Assembly: GCF_046299695.1 (NCBI RefSeq)
Contig: NZ_JBKBHP010000017.1
Length of the DNA stretch: 64,000 nucleotides
DNA from: Hylemonella sp.
GTDB taxonomy: Bacteria > Pseudomonadota > Gammaproteobacteria > Burkholderiales > Burkholderiaceae_C
Reading direction: 5' to 3' (one strand)
Each line of letters starts with the position of its first letter. The stretch's first letter is position 1. The notes below the pieces were generated by a model, which saw only the letters and a list, made by a program, of their open reading frames with translations, was not told the origin of the DNA and searched no databases. Made by a program: the position numbers and the translations under genes. Shown piece by piece: positions 41,589-51,312 of the stretch.

Positions 41589-41623
41589 GCCGGGTCCTCG
41601 ACGATCTTGTGATGCCCTTGGTC

Positions 41624-42013
41624 TCAGGCGCAGGACGCCGTCTTGCGTGTGCAGGGCCCGGCCACGGGTGGCGCGATGTCCAGCGCCAGGGTGGCGAGTT
41701 CCTGGCCGTCCAGATGCACCGTGCCGTCCACCACCTTCACCGCGAAGCGCTGGGTGCTGCCCTCATCCGGTGCGCGGGCGCAGCCGGTATCGAGACCGAT
41801 GGTCCAGTTGTGCAGCGGGCAGGCCACGCTGGTGCCGAAGACGATGCCTTGCGACAGCGGGCCGCCCTTGTGCGGGCAGCGATCGAGCAGGGCGAAGACC
41901 TGGTCCTGGTCGTTGCGGAACACGGCCACGGCCATGCCCTGGGGGCGGTTCACGCGGCGCGAGCCCAGAACAGGGATGTCTTCGACGCGGCAGATGGGTT
42001 TCCATTCACTCAT
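41624..42013 (-). CDS. nirD: Nitrite reductase small subunit NirD (Rieske-like)
   Basis: 129 aa. WKPICRVEDIP...CPHKGGPLSQG...CPLHNW. Confidence 0.85.
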   Translation of the reverse strand: MSEWKPICRVEDIPVLGSRRVNRPQGMAVAVFRNDQDQVFALLDRCPHKGGPLSQGIVFGTSVACPLHNWTIGLDTGCARAPDEGSTQRFAVKVVDGTVHLDGQELATLALDIAPPVAGPCTRKTASCA

Positions 42014-42024
42014 ATCCATACTCC

Positions 42025-42804
42025 TCAAGCTTTCAGACCGGCGTACAGGCCGGTGATGCGGTCCATGACGGCGAGCAGGTTTTCGCTGGTCACGAACATG
42101 TCGGACAGGGCCTTGGGACCGACGCCGTTGATCTCCTTGAGCGCCAGGTCGAAGAACAGCCACTGGTTGTCGGCGAGAGCCAGCTGGTCCTGGATGGCTG
42201 CGGTCGCTTCAGGCGCGTTGCGCAGCAGCTCCATGGCACTGAGGAATTCGCCTCGCGCCTTGGCAATCTCGGTCTGGGCCCGGGTGGGCTCCACCTTCAG
42301 CGCGGCGGCGTAGAAGTACTTGGCCATGCGTTGCGAGAGCATGCGCTGGCGCCCCGCGATGTTGACGAGTTTGCCCACGGGCTTGCTGGAGACGGCCTCG
42401 TACTGCACCGTGCCCTGGTGGGCCAGGGCCAGCACGCGTGCGTCGGTGTCGAGCAGGGCGCCCGCGCCATCGCGGCTCGGGTGCTTGCCGACGAGCACAC
42501 CCTTGTACTCGCTCCAGGCGCTTTCGAGGTCTGCATAGGTCTTGCGCAGCTCGGCGTTGGGCGCATAGGTCTTGAGCTCGACGAGCTGGCGGTCGAACAG
42601 GGCCATGGAGCGGTCCAGCACCAGCCGGGCCGAGCCGCTCTCGGTCTTGTGCACCAGGGCCAGCCAGGCCTTGGCCATGCGCTGCGAGAGCATGCGCTGG
42701 CGGCCGGCCTTGTTGATGGCGTCGTTGAGGTCCAGCACCTGGGCCTGGGTGCCCAGACCCAGGCCGGCGACACCGGCGAATGCGAGCAGGTCGCGGCGCT
42801 TCAT
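42025..42804 (-). CDS. Exported protein with two PilJ/NarX-type N-terminal sensor-like domains, encoded between nirB and nirD
   Basis: 259 aa. Twin-arginine-like signal MKRRDLLAFAGVAGLGLGTQAQV. NKAGRQRMLSQRMAK at about 31-45 and NIAGRQRMLSQRMAK at about 148-162. ATGA overlap with the nirB stop (42801-42804). Confidence 0.75.
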   Translation of the reverse strand: MKRRDLLAFAGVAGLGLGTQAQVLDLNDAINKAGRQRMLSQRMAKAWLALVHKTESGSARLVLDRSMALFDRQLVELKTYAPNAELRKTYADLESAWSEYKGVLVGKHPSRDGAGALLDTDARVLALAHQGTVQYEAVSSKPVGKLVNIAGRQRMLSQRMAKYFYAAALKVEPTRAQTEIAKARGEFLSAMELLRNAPEATAAIQDQLALADNQWLFFDLALKEINGVGPKALSDMFVTSENLLAVMDRITGLYAGLKA

Positions 42805-45260
42805 GCCGACACCCCTTCGACCTGGATCGGGATGAACTGGCGCGTGTCCACCTGGGCCTTGTCGGTCTCGAACCAGGGATCGGGCTCCCCATCCAGTGCG
42901 TACTGCAGGCGCTCCCACAGAGCCTTGCGGCCTTCGTGGTCGTCGAGGATCTTCTTCTTCACGTAGTCCAGGCCCACGCGGTTCACATAGTGCACCGTGC
43001 GCTCCAGGTACCAGCCTTCCTCGCGGTAGAGCTGCATGAAGGCGCCGGTGTACTCCAGCACTTCCTCGGCGGTCTTGAGCTTGGTGAAGAAATGCGCCAC
43101 CTCGGTCTTGATGCCGCCATTGCCGGCGATGTGCATCTCCCAGCCGGAATCGACGCCGATGATGCCCACGTCCTTGATGCCGGCCTCGGCGCAGTTGCGC
43201 GGGCAGCCCGAGACGGCGAACTTCACCTTGTGCGGGGCGTACATGCGCCACATGGCGCGTTCCAGGTCCTTGCCCATCTGGGTGCTGTCCTGCGTGCCCA
43301 TGCGGCACCATTCGCTGCCCACGCAGGTCTTGACCGTACGCAGGGCCTTGGCGTAGGCGTGGCCGCTGGGCATGCCGATGTCGTTCCAGACGGCCTGCAG
43401 GTCTTCCTTCTTGACACCCAGCAGGTCAATGCGCTGGCCGCCCGTGACCTTGACGGTGGGGATCTTGTACTTGTCCACCGCGTTGGCGATGCGGCGCAGC
43501 TCGTCGGCCGTGGTCTCGCCGCCCCACATGCGCGGGATGACGCTGTAGGTGCCGTCCTTCTGGATGTTGGCGTGGCTGCGCTCGTTGATGAAACGGCTCT
43601 GCGGGTCGTCCTTGGCCTCCTTGGGCCAGCTGGAGATCAGGTAGTAGTTGACGGCCGGGCGGCAGCTGGCACAGCCGTTGGGCGTCTTCCAGTTCATGAA
43701 CTTGAAGACGTCGGCGATGGTCAGCAGCTTGTTGGCGACGATGGCCTCGCGCACGGCCTGGTGGCCGTGGTCCGTGCAGCCGCACATGGCCTTGGTCTTG
43801 GGTGTGGCCGAGTAGTCGCCGCCAGCCGTGAACATGAGGATCTGTTCCACCAGGCCCGTGCAGGAGCCGCAGGAGGCGCTGGCCTTGGTGTGCTTGCGCA
43901 CCTCGTCCAGGGTGAACAGGCCCTTGTCCTTGATGGCCTTGCAGATCGTGCCCTTGGTCACGCCGTTGCAGCCGCAGACCTCGTCCGTGTCGGCCATGGC
44001 CGCGGCCTTGCTGTGGCCCTCGTGGCCGGCGTCGCCGATGTTCGATTCGCCGAACATCAGCTTGTCGCGGATGTCGCTGACCGTGCGGCCGTCGCGCAGC
44101 AGCTTGAAGTACCAGCTGCCGTCCACGGTGTCGCCGTAGAGGCAGGCGCCGATGAGCTTGTCGTCCTTGAGCACCAGCTTCTTGTAGACGCCGCCAGCCG
44201 GGTCGCTCATCACGATCTCTTCGGTGTCCTCGCCGCCCATGAAGTTGCCGGCGCTGAAGAGGTCAATGCCTGTGACCTTGAGCTTGGTGGAGGTCAGCGA
44301 ACCGGTGTAGCGCCCGATGCCGAACTGCGCCAGGTGGTTGGCCAGCACCTTGCCCTGCTCGAACAACGGGGCCACCAGACCGTAGGCGATGCCACGGTGC
44401 GCCGCGCATTCGCCCACGGCATAGATGCGCGCGTCGGTGGTGGTCTGCAGCGTGTCGCTGACGACGATGCCGCGGTTCACATGCAGCTTCATCTTCTCGG
44501 CCAGCGCCGTGTTGGGGCGGATACCCACGGCCATGACCACCAAGTCGGCCGGCACTTCGCTGCCGTCCTTGAACTTCACGGCTTTGACGCGGCCGTCGGC
44601 CCCGCCCACGAGCGCTTCAGTCTGCGCGCCGATCAGGAAGCTCATGCCGCGGTCTTCCAGCGACTTCTGCAGCATCTTGCCCGCCACGTCGTCGAGCTGG
44701 CGTTCCATGAGCCAGGGCATCACGTGCACCACGCTGACCGTCATGCCGCGCTTCATCAGGCCGTTGGCTGCTTCCAGGCCCAGCAGACCGCCGCCGATGA
44801 CCACCGCGTGCTTGTATTTGGCGGCGGCCTCAATCATGGCTTCGGTGTCGGCGATGTCGCGGTAGGCCAGCACGCCTTTCAGGTCCTTGCCCGGAACGGG
44901 CAGGATGAAGGGGTTGGAGCCCGTGGCCAGGATCAGGCGGTCGTATTCGGCGCTGATCGTTTCGCCCTTGGCGTTGGTGGCGTGCACCACACGCTTGACG
45001 CGGTCCACGTCGGTCACGGTGTAGCCCGCGTGCAGGGTGATGCCGTTGTCCTGATACCAGGCCCAGTCGTTGAGGATGATCTCTTCGAGCTTCTGTTCAC
45101 CGGCCAGCACCGGCGAGAGCAGGATGCGGTTGTAGTTGGGGTGGGGCTCGGCCCCGAAGACCGTGATCTCGTACAGATCGGGCGCGATCTTCAGCAGTTC
45201 TTCCAGCGAGCGCACACCGGCCATGCCGTTGCCGATCATTACCAGTTTGAGTTTCTTCAT
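42801..45260 (-). CDS. nirB: NAD(P)H-dependent assimilatory nitrite reductase large subunit
   Basis: 819 aa from ATG 45258-45260 (MKKLKLVMIGNGMAGVRSLEELL). BFD-like and siroheme/4Fe-4S regions (SGCPRNCAEA). Confidence 0.9.
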   Translation of the reverse strand: MKKLKLVMIGNGMAGVRSLEELLKIAPDLYEITVFGAEPHPNYNRILLSPVLAGEQKLEEIILNDWAWYQDNGITLHAGYTVTDVDRVKRVVHATNAKGETISAEYDRLILATGSNPFILPVPGKDLKGVLAYRDIADTEAMIEAAAKYKHAVVIGGGLLGLEAANGLMKRGMTVSVVHVMPWLMERQLDDVAGKMLQKSLEDRGMSFLIGAQTEALVGGADGRVKAVKFKDGSEVPADLVVMAVGIRPNTALAEKMKLHVNRGIVVSDTLQTTTDARIYAVGECAAHRGIAYGLVAPLFEQGKVLANHLAQFGIGRYTGSLTSTKLKVTGIDLFSAGNFMGGEDTEEIVMSDPAGGVYKKLVLKDDKLIGACLYGDTVDGSWYFKLLRDGRTVSDIRDKLMFGESNIGDAGHEGHSKAAAMADTDEVCGCNGVTKGTICKAIKDKGLFTLDEVRKHTKASASCGSCTGLVEQILMFTAGGDYSATPKTKAMCGCTDHGHQAVREAIVANKLLTIADVFKFMNWKTPNGCASCRPAVNYYLISSWPKEAKDDPQSRFINERSHANIQKDGTYSVIPRMWGGETTADELRRIANAVDKYKIPTVKVTGGQRIDLLGVKKEDLQAVWNDIGMPSGHAYAKALRTVKTCVGSEWCRMGTQDSTQMGKDLERAMWRMYAPHKVKFAVSGCPRNCAEAGIKDVGIIGVDSGWEMHIAGNGGIKTEVAHFFTKLKTAEEVLEYTGAFMQLYREEGWYLERTVHYVNRVGLDYVKKKILDDHEGRKALWERLQYALDGEPDPWFETDKAQVDTRQFIPIQVEGVSA

Positions 45261-45290
45261 CGCCAACTCTCCGTCATCCAAATAAGGCGT

Positions 45291-45387
45291 GCCAAACAAA
45301 AAAGGCGTCCACAGATGGACTGCCGCTGGGCAGTGCATGTGTGGACGCCTTTGTCCTGTCTGCTTCCGATCCGCCTTTGCACCGGAA
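45291..45387 (-). promoter_or_regulatory. nirB leader: ANTAR-type dual hexaloop hairpins overlapping an intrinsic terminator (NasR-type antitermination target)
   Basis: Minus strand: P1 CCGGTGC-AAAGGC-GGATCGG (45364-45387); P2 GGAC-AAAGGC-GTCC (45343-45356). The 3' half of P2 is the 5' arm of the terminator AAAGGCGTCCACA...TGTGGACGCCTTT (45301-45352), followed by TTTTTTGTTT. Confidence 0.75.
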
Positions 45388-45429
45388 GAGTGATAGAGGG
45401 CCAACTTTGGCCGGGTACGGTCTAGGTCA

Positions 45430-45445
45430 TGCAAGGCCCGTGCCA
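45430..45445 (-). promoter_or_regulatory. Sigma54 (-24/-12) promoter for the nirB operon
   Basis: The minus strand reads TGGCACGGGCCTTGCA, matching TGGCAC-N5-TTGCA. Confidence 0.7.
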
Positions 45446-45537
45446 GGTTTGTGCAGGGCAGCAATTCAGCAGGAAGTGGCTCAGACGGGGCTGCAGAATG
45501 CACCATCACGGGCATCAAACTTGCACAGAGAACAGGC

Positions 45538-47292
<1,755 letters not shown>

Positions 47293-47348
47293 GGTGAGGG
47301 AATGGCGAGACGGGAAGCTGCTATAAATCGGCGACTTCCGACCTCACC

Positions 47349-48014
47349 ATGAAATTCTCCCCCTACCTCCTTGCTTTTTTTCTTCTGACAGCTTGCGCCG
47401 TTCCGCCTGTGCGTGACGCCGGCAGGCTGGCGCCTATCCTGGTGCCTGAAGACGTGCAGACCCGGGACATCGAGCTGGGGCCGCTGGTGGCGAAGATGGC
47501 ACAGGCCCGTGTCGGCATCCAGTTTGGTTTTCTATGCGAGCCTGGCGAAGCCCGACTGCTCTCGACGACACGACTGCCGGTGAGCCAGGAACAGATCAAC
47601 AAGGGATTCAAAACAGTCTTTGAATCCCTTGGGTATCGAGTTCTAAAAGAGGAGGCGGATTCCGTTTTTGGGAAAGGATCGTCCGCCGATCTTGTACTCG
47701 GCGGAACTCTGACGCAGTTTCAATCCAATCTTTGCTATCCGTTTTCCGGTCGTGCCGATCTGAGTGCTGGCAGCACTAATTCTGTCAAGGGTGCGGCCTT
47801 TGTCGAGATTGACTGGGAGCTCTATAGCGTTTCCGAGCGCAAGGTGGTCTTCCGAAGCAAGACCCAAGGCAGTTTCGAGACCAAAGAGACCGTGCGAGGT
47901 GGTTTCGAGACCATCGTTCTGAGTGCAGTGGCGGCCAGCCTCACGAATCTCGCGGCAAATCCTGCATTCCATGCCATTGCCGCCCGACCTGTAGCGCCGG
48001 CCAAGGCCATCTAA
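47349..48014 (+). CDS. Lipoprotein of unknown function
   Basis: 221 aa. Lipobox LLTAC at residues 12-16. AT-richer than the flanks. No family recognised. Confidence 0.6.
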   Translation: MKFSPYLLAFFLLTACAVPPVRDAGRLAPILVPEDVQTRDIELGPLVAKMAQARVGIQFGFLCEPGEARLLSTTRLPVSQEQINKGFKTVFESLGYRVLKEEADSVFGKGSSADLVLGGTLTQFQSNLCYPFSGRADLSAGSTNSVKGAAFVEIDWELYSVSERKVVFRSKTQGSFETKETVRGGFETIVLSAVAASLTNLAANPAFHAIAARPVAPAKAI

Positions 48015-48023
48015 CGCCTTTTC

Positions 48024-48295
48024 ATGACCAACCTTCACATCTCCGACGTCCGCCCCTTCATCCCCGCCCAGGACTTTGCGGTCTCCAAGGCCTTCTATGA
48101 GGCGCTTGGCTGGAAGGTCGGCTGGTCCGACGAGACCCTGGCCCTGCTGGAGAACGGCGGGCACAGCTTCTATCTGCAGCCCTATTACGTGAAGGACTGG
48201 GCCGATAACACCATGCTGCGCCTCACGGTGCAGGACGCGCAGGCCTGCTAAGCGCAGAGTGAACTTGTCATCGACAGTGGACGCTACCCCGATAG
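48024..48295 (+). pseudogene. Truncated paralogue of the VOC/glyoxalase-family gene at 50001..50375
   Basis: Collinear with 50001-50272. A premature TAA (48249-48251) sits where the intact copy has TAC. Homology continues about 45 nt past the stop (VIDSG.YP) and then ends. Confidence 0.65.
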
Positions 48296-48425
48296 ATGTC
48301 TTCCCGGTGAATGATGATCATGCTCAGCCGTGCTGACCGCGGCCTCATGTCGTCTGCAATAAAGCAAGGGCATCATGGAAGAGCGCATACTTCTTTACCT
48401 CAGATTCTCTCGTGCTGATAAGTAA

Positions 48426-49922
48426 ATGTTTCCAAACATCCCCAGACTGATCCATCAGGCCACCCGGCACATAGAGCAAGGCGAGCTCATGCTTGCACAA
48501 CAGGCCCTTGAAAAAGTGCTTGCTGTGCAGCCTCGGGAATTTGATGCCTTGCGCATCCTCGGTGTCGTTCACAGTCTTCAGAAAGACTATCCTTTGGCGT
48601 TGGCTGTTTTTCGGAAGGCCCTGTCGATCAGGAAGAACGACGGCATGCTTCACTTCAACCTGGCGAAGTCATTGGCGGAATCGGGGGCGGACGCCGAGGC
48701 TCTGGAGCATCACAAGAAAGCGATCCAGCTGGCACCTGATCACGCTGGCGCCTGGCTGGGATATGGCACAAGCCTGGTCAGACTCGGGCGCATCGACGAG
48801 GCGCTTGATATCTACGAGCGCGCTCTTCAGCGATATCCGGCGTACATAGAAGTGCATATTAACAAAGGGATAGCGCATGCAGAGCAGCATGATTTCGATG
48901 CAGCGGTTCGCTGTTTCCAGGATGCACTCAATATCTCTCCTCAGCACGCCAATGGGCACTGGAATCTGGCGCTTGCAAGATTGCGGATGGGGCAGTTCGG
49001 CGCCGCCTGGGATGACTTCGAGTACCGGCGCGGTTTGTCCGGGAACAAGGCGCCTGAATCGACAAGGCATCGCCCACAGTGGACAGGGCAAGCGAGCGGT
49101 AGCACGCTACTGTTTTGGGGTGAGCAAGGGCTAGGCGACCAGATTCTCTACTCCAGCATCCTTCCAGAACTGACCTCATTTCCCCAGCGCAAGCTGGTAG
49201 CTTTGGATCAGCGTCTGATTCCCTTGTATCAACGGTCCATTCCCGGTTTCGACTACATCAGCCTGTCCCAGATCGATGGCACCCTGGACTTTGCAGAGCA
49301 TCTCCCCCTAGGCTCCTTGCCTCGGCTTTTCCGTCCCGATCTGGCCAGCTTCAGGCGAGCTACTTATCCATTTCTTCGGGCAGACCCTGACCTGACCAAG
49401 GCCTTGCGTAAGCAACTCTCACGTCCAGGAAAGCTGATATGTGGCATCAGCTGGATCAGCCATCGCGAGAAATGGGGAGGGCGGAAAAGCATTTCATTGG
49501 CTGAACTGCTTCCCCCGCTGGCCAGTGACGCGCTGCAATTTGTCGATCTCCAGTACGGTGATACAGACATGGAGCGAAGCGCACTGGAGGAATCACACGG
49601 CATTCAGATCCAGCACATCGACAGTATCGACAACCATCAAGACATAGACGGGCTGGCTGCGCTGATGTCCGCCTGCGACTGCATCATTACCGTTAGCAAC
49701 AGCACGGCTCACCTTGCGGGCGCATTGGGCCTTCCGACCTTGTTGCTGGCGCCCAGAGGAGAGGGGCGCTTCTGGTATTGGGTATCGCATGAGGGGCGCA
49801 ACCCCTGGTATCCGGCAGTTCGCAGCATTGAGCAGACGACGATGGGTGACTGGGGGCCGGTTCTCAGCAAGGTCAGAGCCCATCTTCACGCCACCGGGCA
49901 ATCGTCCGACCATCATGCCTGA
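48426..49922 (+). CDS. TPR-repeat protein with a C-terminal glycosyltransferase family 9 (heptosyltransferase-like) domain
   Basis: 498 aa. N-terminal TPR units (ALRILGVVHSLQKDYPLALAVFRKAL...). The C-terminus (LLFWGEQGLGDQILYSS...ITVSNSTAHLAGALGLPTLLL) resembles GT9. Markedly AT-richer than its surroundings. Confidence 0.7.
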   Translation: MFPNIPRLIHQATRHIEQGELMLAQQALEKVLAVQPREFDALRILGVVHSLQKDYPLALAVFRKALSIRKNDGMLHFNLAKSLAESGADAEALEHHKKAIQLAPDHAGAWLGYGTSLVRLGRIDEALDIYERALQRYPAYIEVHINKGIAHAEQHDFDAAVRCFQDALNISPQHANGHWNLALARLRMGQFGAAWDDFEYRRGLSGNKAPESTRHRPQWTGQASGSTLLFWGEQGLGDQILYSSILPELTSFPQRKLVALDQRLIPLYQRSIPGFDYISLSQIDGTLDFAEHLPLGSLPRLFRPDLASFRRATYPFLRADPDLTKALRKQLSRPGKLICGISWISHREKWGGRKSISLAELLPPLASDALQFVDLQYGDTDMERSALEESHGIQIQHIDSIDNHQDIDGLAALMSACDCIITVSNSTAHLAGALGLPTLLLAPRGEGRFWYWVSHEGRNPWYPAVRSIEQTTMGDWGPVLSKVRAHLHATGQSSDHHA

Positions 49923-50000
49923 TATAGATGATTGCAAAAGTGCGGTGTCAGGCTGTGTTGACGGGAGACTCGGCTCCTCGTCTACTTTCTTTTGTTGCAG

Positions 50001-50375
50001 ATGCTGAATCTCAAGATTTCCGACGTTCGCCCCTTTATCCCCGCCCAGGACTATGCCGTTTCCAAGGCTTTCTATGACGCCCTGGGCTGGAAGATCACTT
50101 GGTCCGGCGAGAAGCTGGCCCTGCTGGAGAACGGTGGCCACAGCTTCTATCTGCAGCCCTATTACGTGAAGGACTGGGCCGAGAACACCATGCTGCACAT
50201 CACCGTGCAGGATGCGCAGGCCTGCTACGCGCAGATCAAACCCGTGATCGACAGCGGCCTCTACCCCGGCGCGCGGGTGGCCGAGCCGCGGCCCGAGCCC
50301 TATGGCGCGCTCGTGACCTATGTGTGGGACCCGTCCGGCGTGCTGCTCCATCTGGCGCAGTGGGCACGCGGCTGA
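50001..50375 (+). CDS. VOC (glyoxalase/bleomycin-resistance) family protein
   Basis: 124 aa from ATG 50001 (MLNLKISDVRPFIPAQDYAVSKAFYDALGW...). The track start 49992 is TTG. Confidence 0.7.
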   Translation: MLNLKISDVRPFIPAQDYAVSKAFYDALGWKITWSGEKLALLENGGHSFYLQPYYVKDWAENTMLHITVQDAQACYAQIKPVIDSGLYPGARVAEPRPEPYGALVTYVWDPSGVLLHLAQWARG

Positions 50376-50549
50376 GCCTGTCGCCATGCCCTTGAGCCTG
50401 TGAGCGGGTACCTACCCCGGCAGGGCACCTCCCCAGTTTGTGGGATGTTCAGCTTCTGGCGGCCTCACTAGACTGCGCCGCTTGCATCGCAGAGGCTGCG
50501 CTGCGGCCGGGCCCGGCCAGGGCCGACATCACAACAAGGGAGCAATGCA

Positions 50550-50972
50550 ATGAAGGTGTACTGGATGGTCACGGTGCCGCGGGTGGTGCTGGGGCTGATA
50601 TTTCTGGCGGGCGCGATCGACGGTTTCTTCTTCGTCGCCACGGGCTCGCATCTGATGCACCCGCCCACTTCCGAGCGCGGCCTGGCCCTGGAAGCGGCCC
50701 TCAAGGCCACGGGCTTCTTCTGGCCCTTCATGAAAACCGTGGAGCTGGTCGGCGCCCTGTGCCTGCTGTCCAACCGCGCGCCTGCCCTGGGTCTGGCCCT
50801 GCTGTCGCCCATCATGGCGGTGGTGGTGCTGTTCCACTTCTTCCTGAACCCGCAGGGCATCCCCCTGGCCCTGCTGCTCATCGTCTGCGGCGGCTTGCTG
50901 CTGCGCGTCTATGCGCCGCGCTTTGCGCTGGCCTTCAGCTCGGGGCTGGCGTTGCAGATGCGTGCCGAGTAA
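50550..50972 (+). CDS. Small 4-TM membrane protein (DoxX-like, tentative)
   Basis: 140 aa with four hydrophobic helices. AAGGGAG RBS upstream. Confidence 0.5.
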   Translation: MKVYWMVTVPRVVLGLIFLAGAIDGFFFVATGSHLMHPPTSERGLALEAALKATGFFWPFMKTVELVGALCLLSNRAPALGLALLSPIMAVVVLFHFFLNPQGIPLALLLIVCGGLLLRVYAPRFALAFSSGLALQMRAE

Positions 50973-51020
50973 ATCGCGCGCTACGCGCGCGGATGCTCTT
51001 CTGGTTTCGGCACGCTGCGT

Positions 51021-51312
51021 TTAACTTTGCTGGCGCCAAGTTAGCCTACTCTGAAGGTGAGGCGAAGCGCTACGCGCTTCATCGGCTTACGCCGATCACG
51101 CACTTCGTGTGCAGGGGAGCATTTTGTCTACGGCCGTCCGCTATCGCGGACTTAACTTCGCGCAGCGAAGTTAGCCTGCGACGGAAGGGTGGCCCAGCGC
51201 TGCGCGCTTCCGACCTCCCTTTTAGTTTCGACCCGCTTGCGCTTAACTTTGCGGTGCAAAGTTAGTCTTTACTGGAAGGGTGGTCAGGCGCTACGCGCCC
51301 GACCACCCTTCT
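51021..51312. repeat. Three copies of an about 65-bp structured repeat (hairpin TTAACTTYGC-N-GCRAAGTTAG + GAAGG(G)TG + GCGCTRCGCGC)
   Basis: Units start at 51021, 51152 and 51243. The third unit overlaps the last codons of narK and contains the hairpin GGGTGGTC...GACCACCC. Confidence 0.65.

Noticed and set aside
38384-42313. Plus-strand ORFs of 515 aa (38384..39931) and 639 aa (40394..42313)
   Set aside because: Antisense shadows of cobA, nasA and nirD. No recognisable domains.
42780-45425. 881-aa plus-strand ORF
   Set aside because: Antisense to nirB, which has unambiguous NirB motifs on the minus strand.
48345-48653. 102-aa minus-strand ORF overlapping the start of the TPR-GT9 gene
   Set aside because: No motif or RBS. 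It lies antisense to a gene with clear TPR periodicity.
50438-51265. 275-aa plus-strand ORF spanning the DoxX-like gene region and the repeat array
   Set aside because: It is out of frame with the membrane protein and runs through non-coding repeats. Ala/Arg/Gly/Pro-rich.
47300-51300. Genomic island with mobility genes
   Set aside because: The lower GC content and the duplicated VOC gene are real observations. However, there is no integrase, transposase, tRNA attachment site or clear direct-repeat att sites, so I do not call it a mobile element.
51021-51312. Possible CRISPR array
   Set aside because: Only three imperfect repeat units, with unequal spacing (131 and 91 bp). The repeats contain long internal hairpins of REP type, and no cas genes occur in the window.
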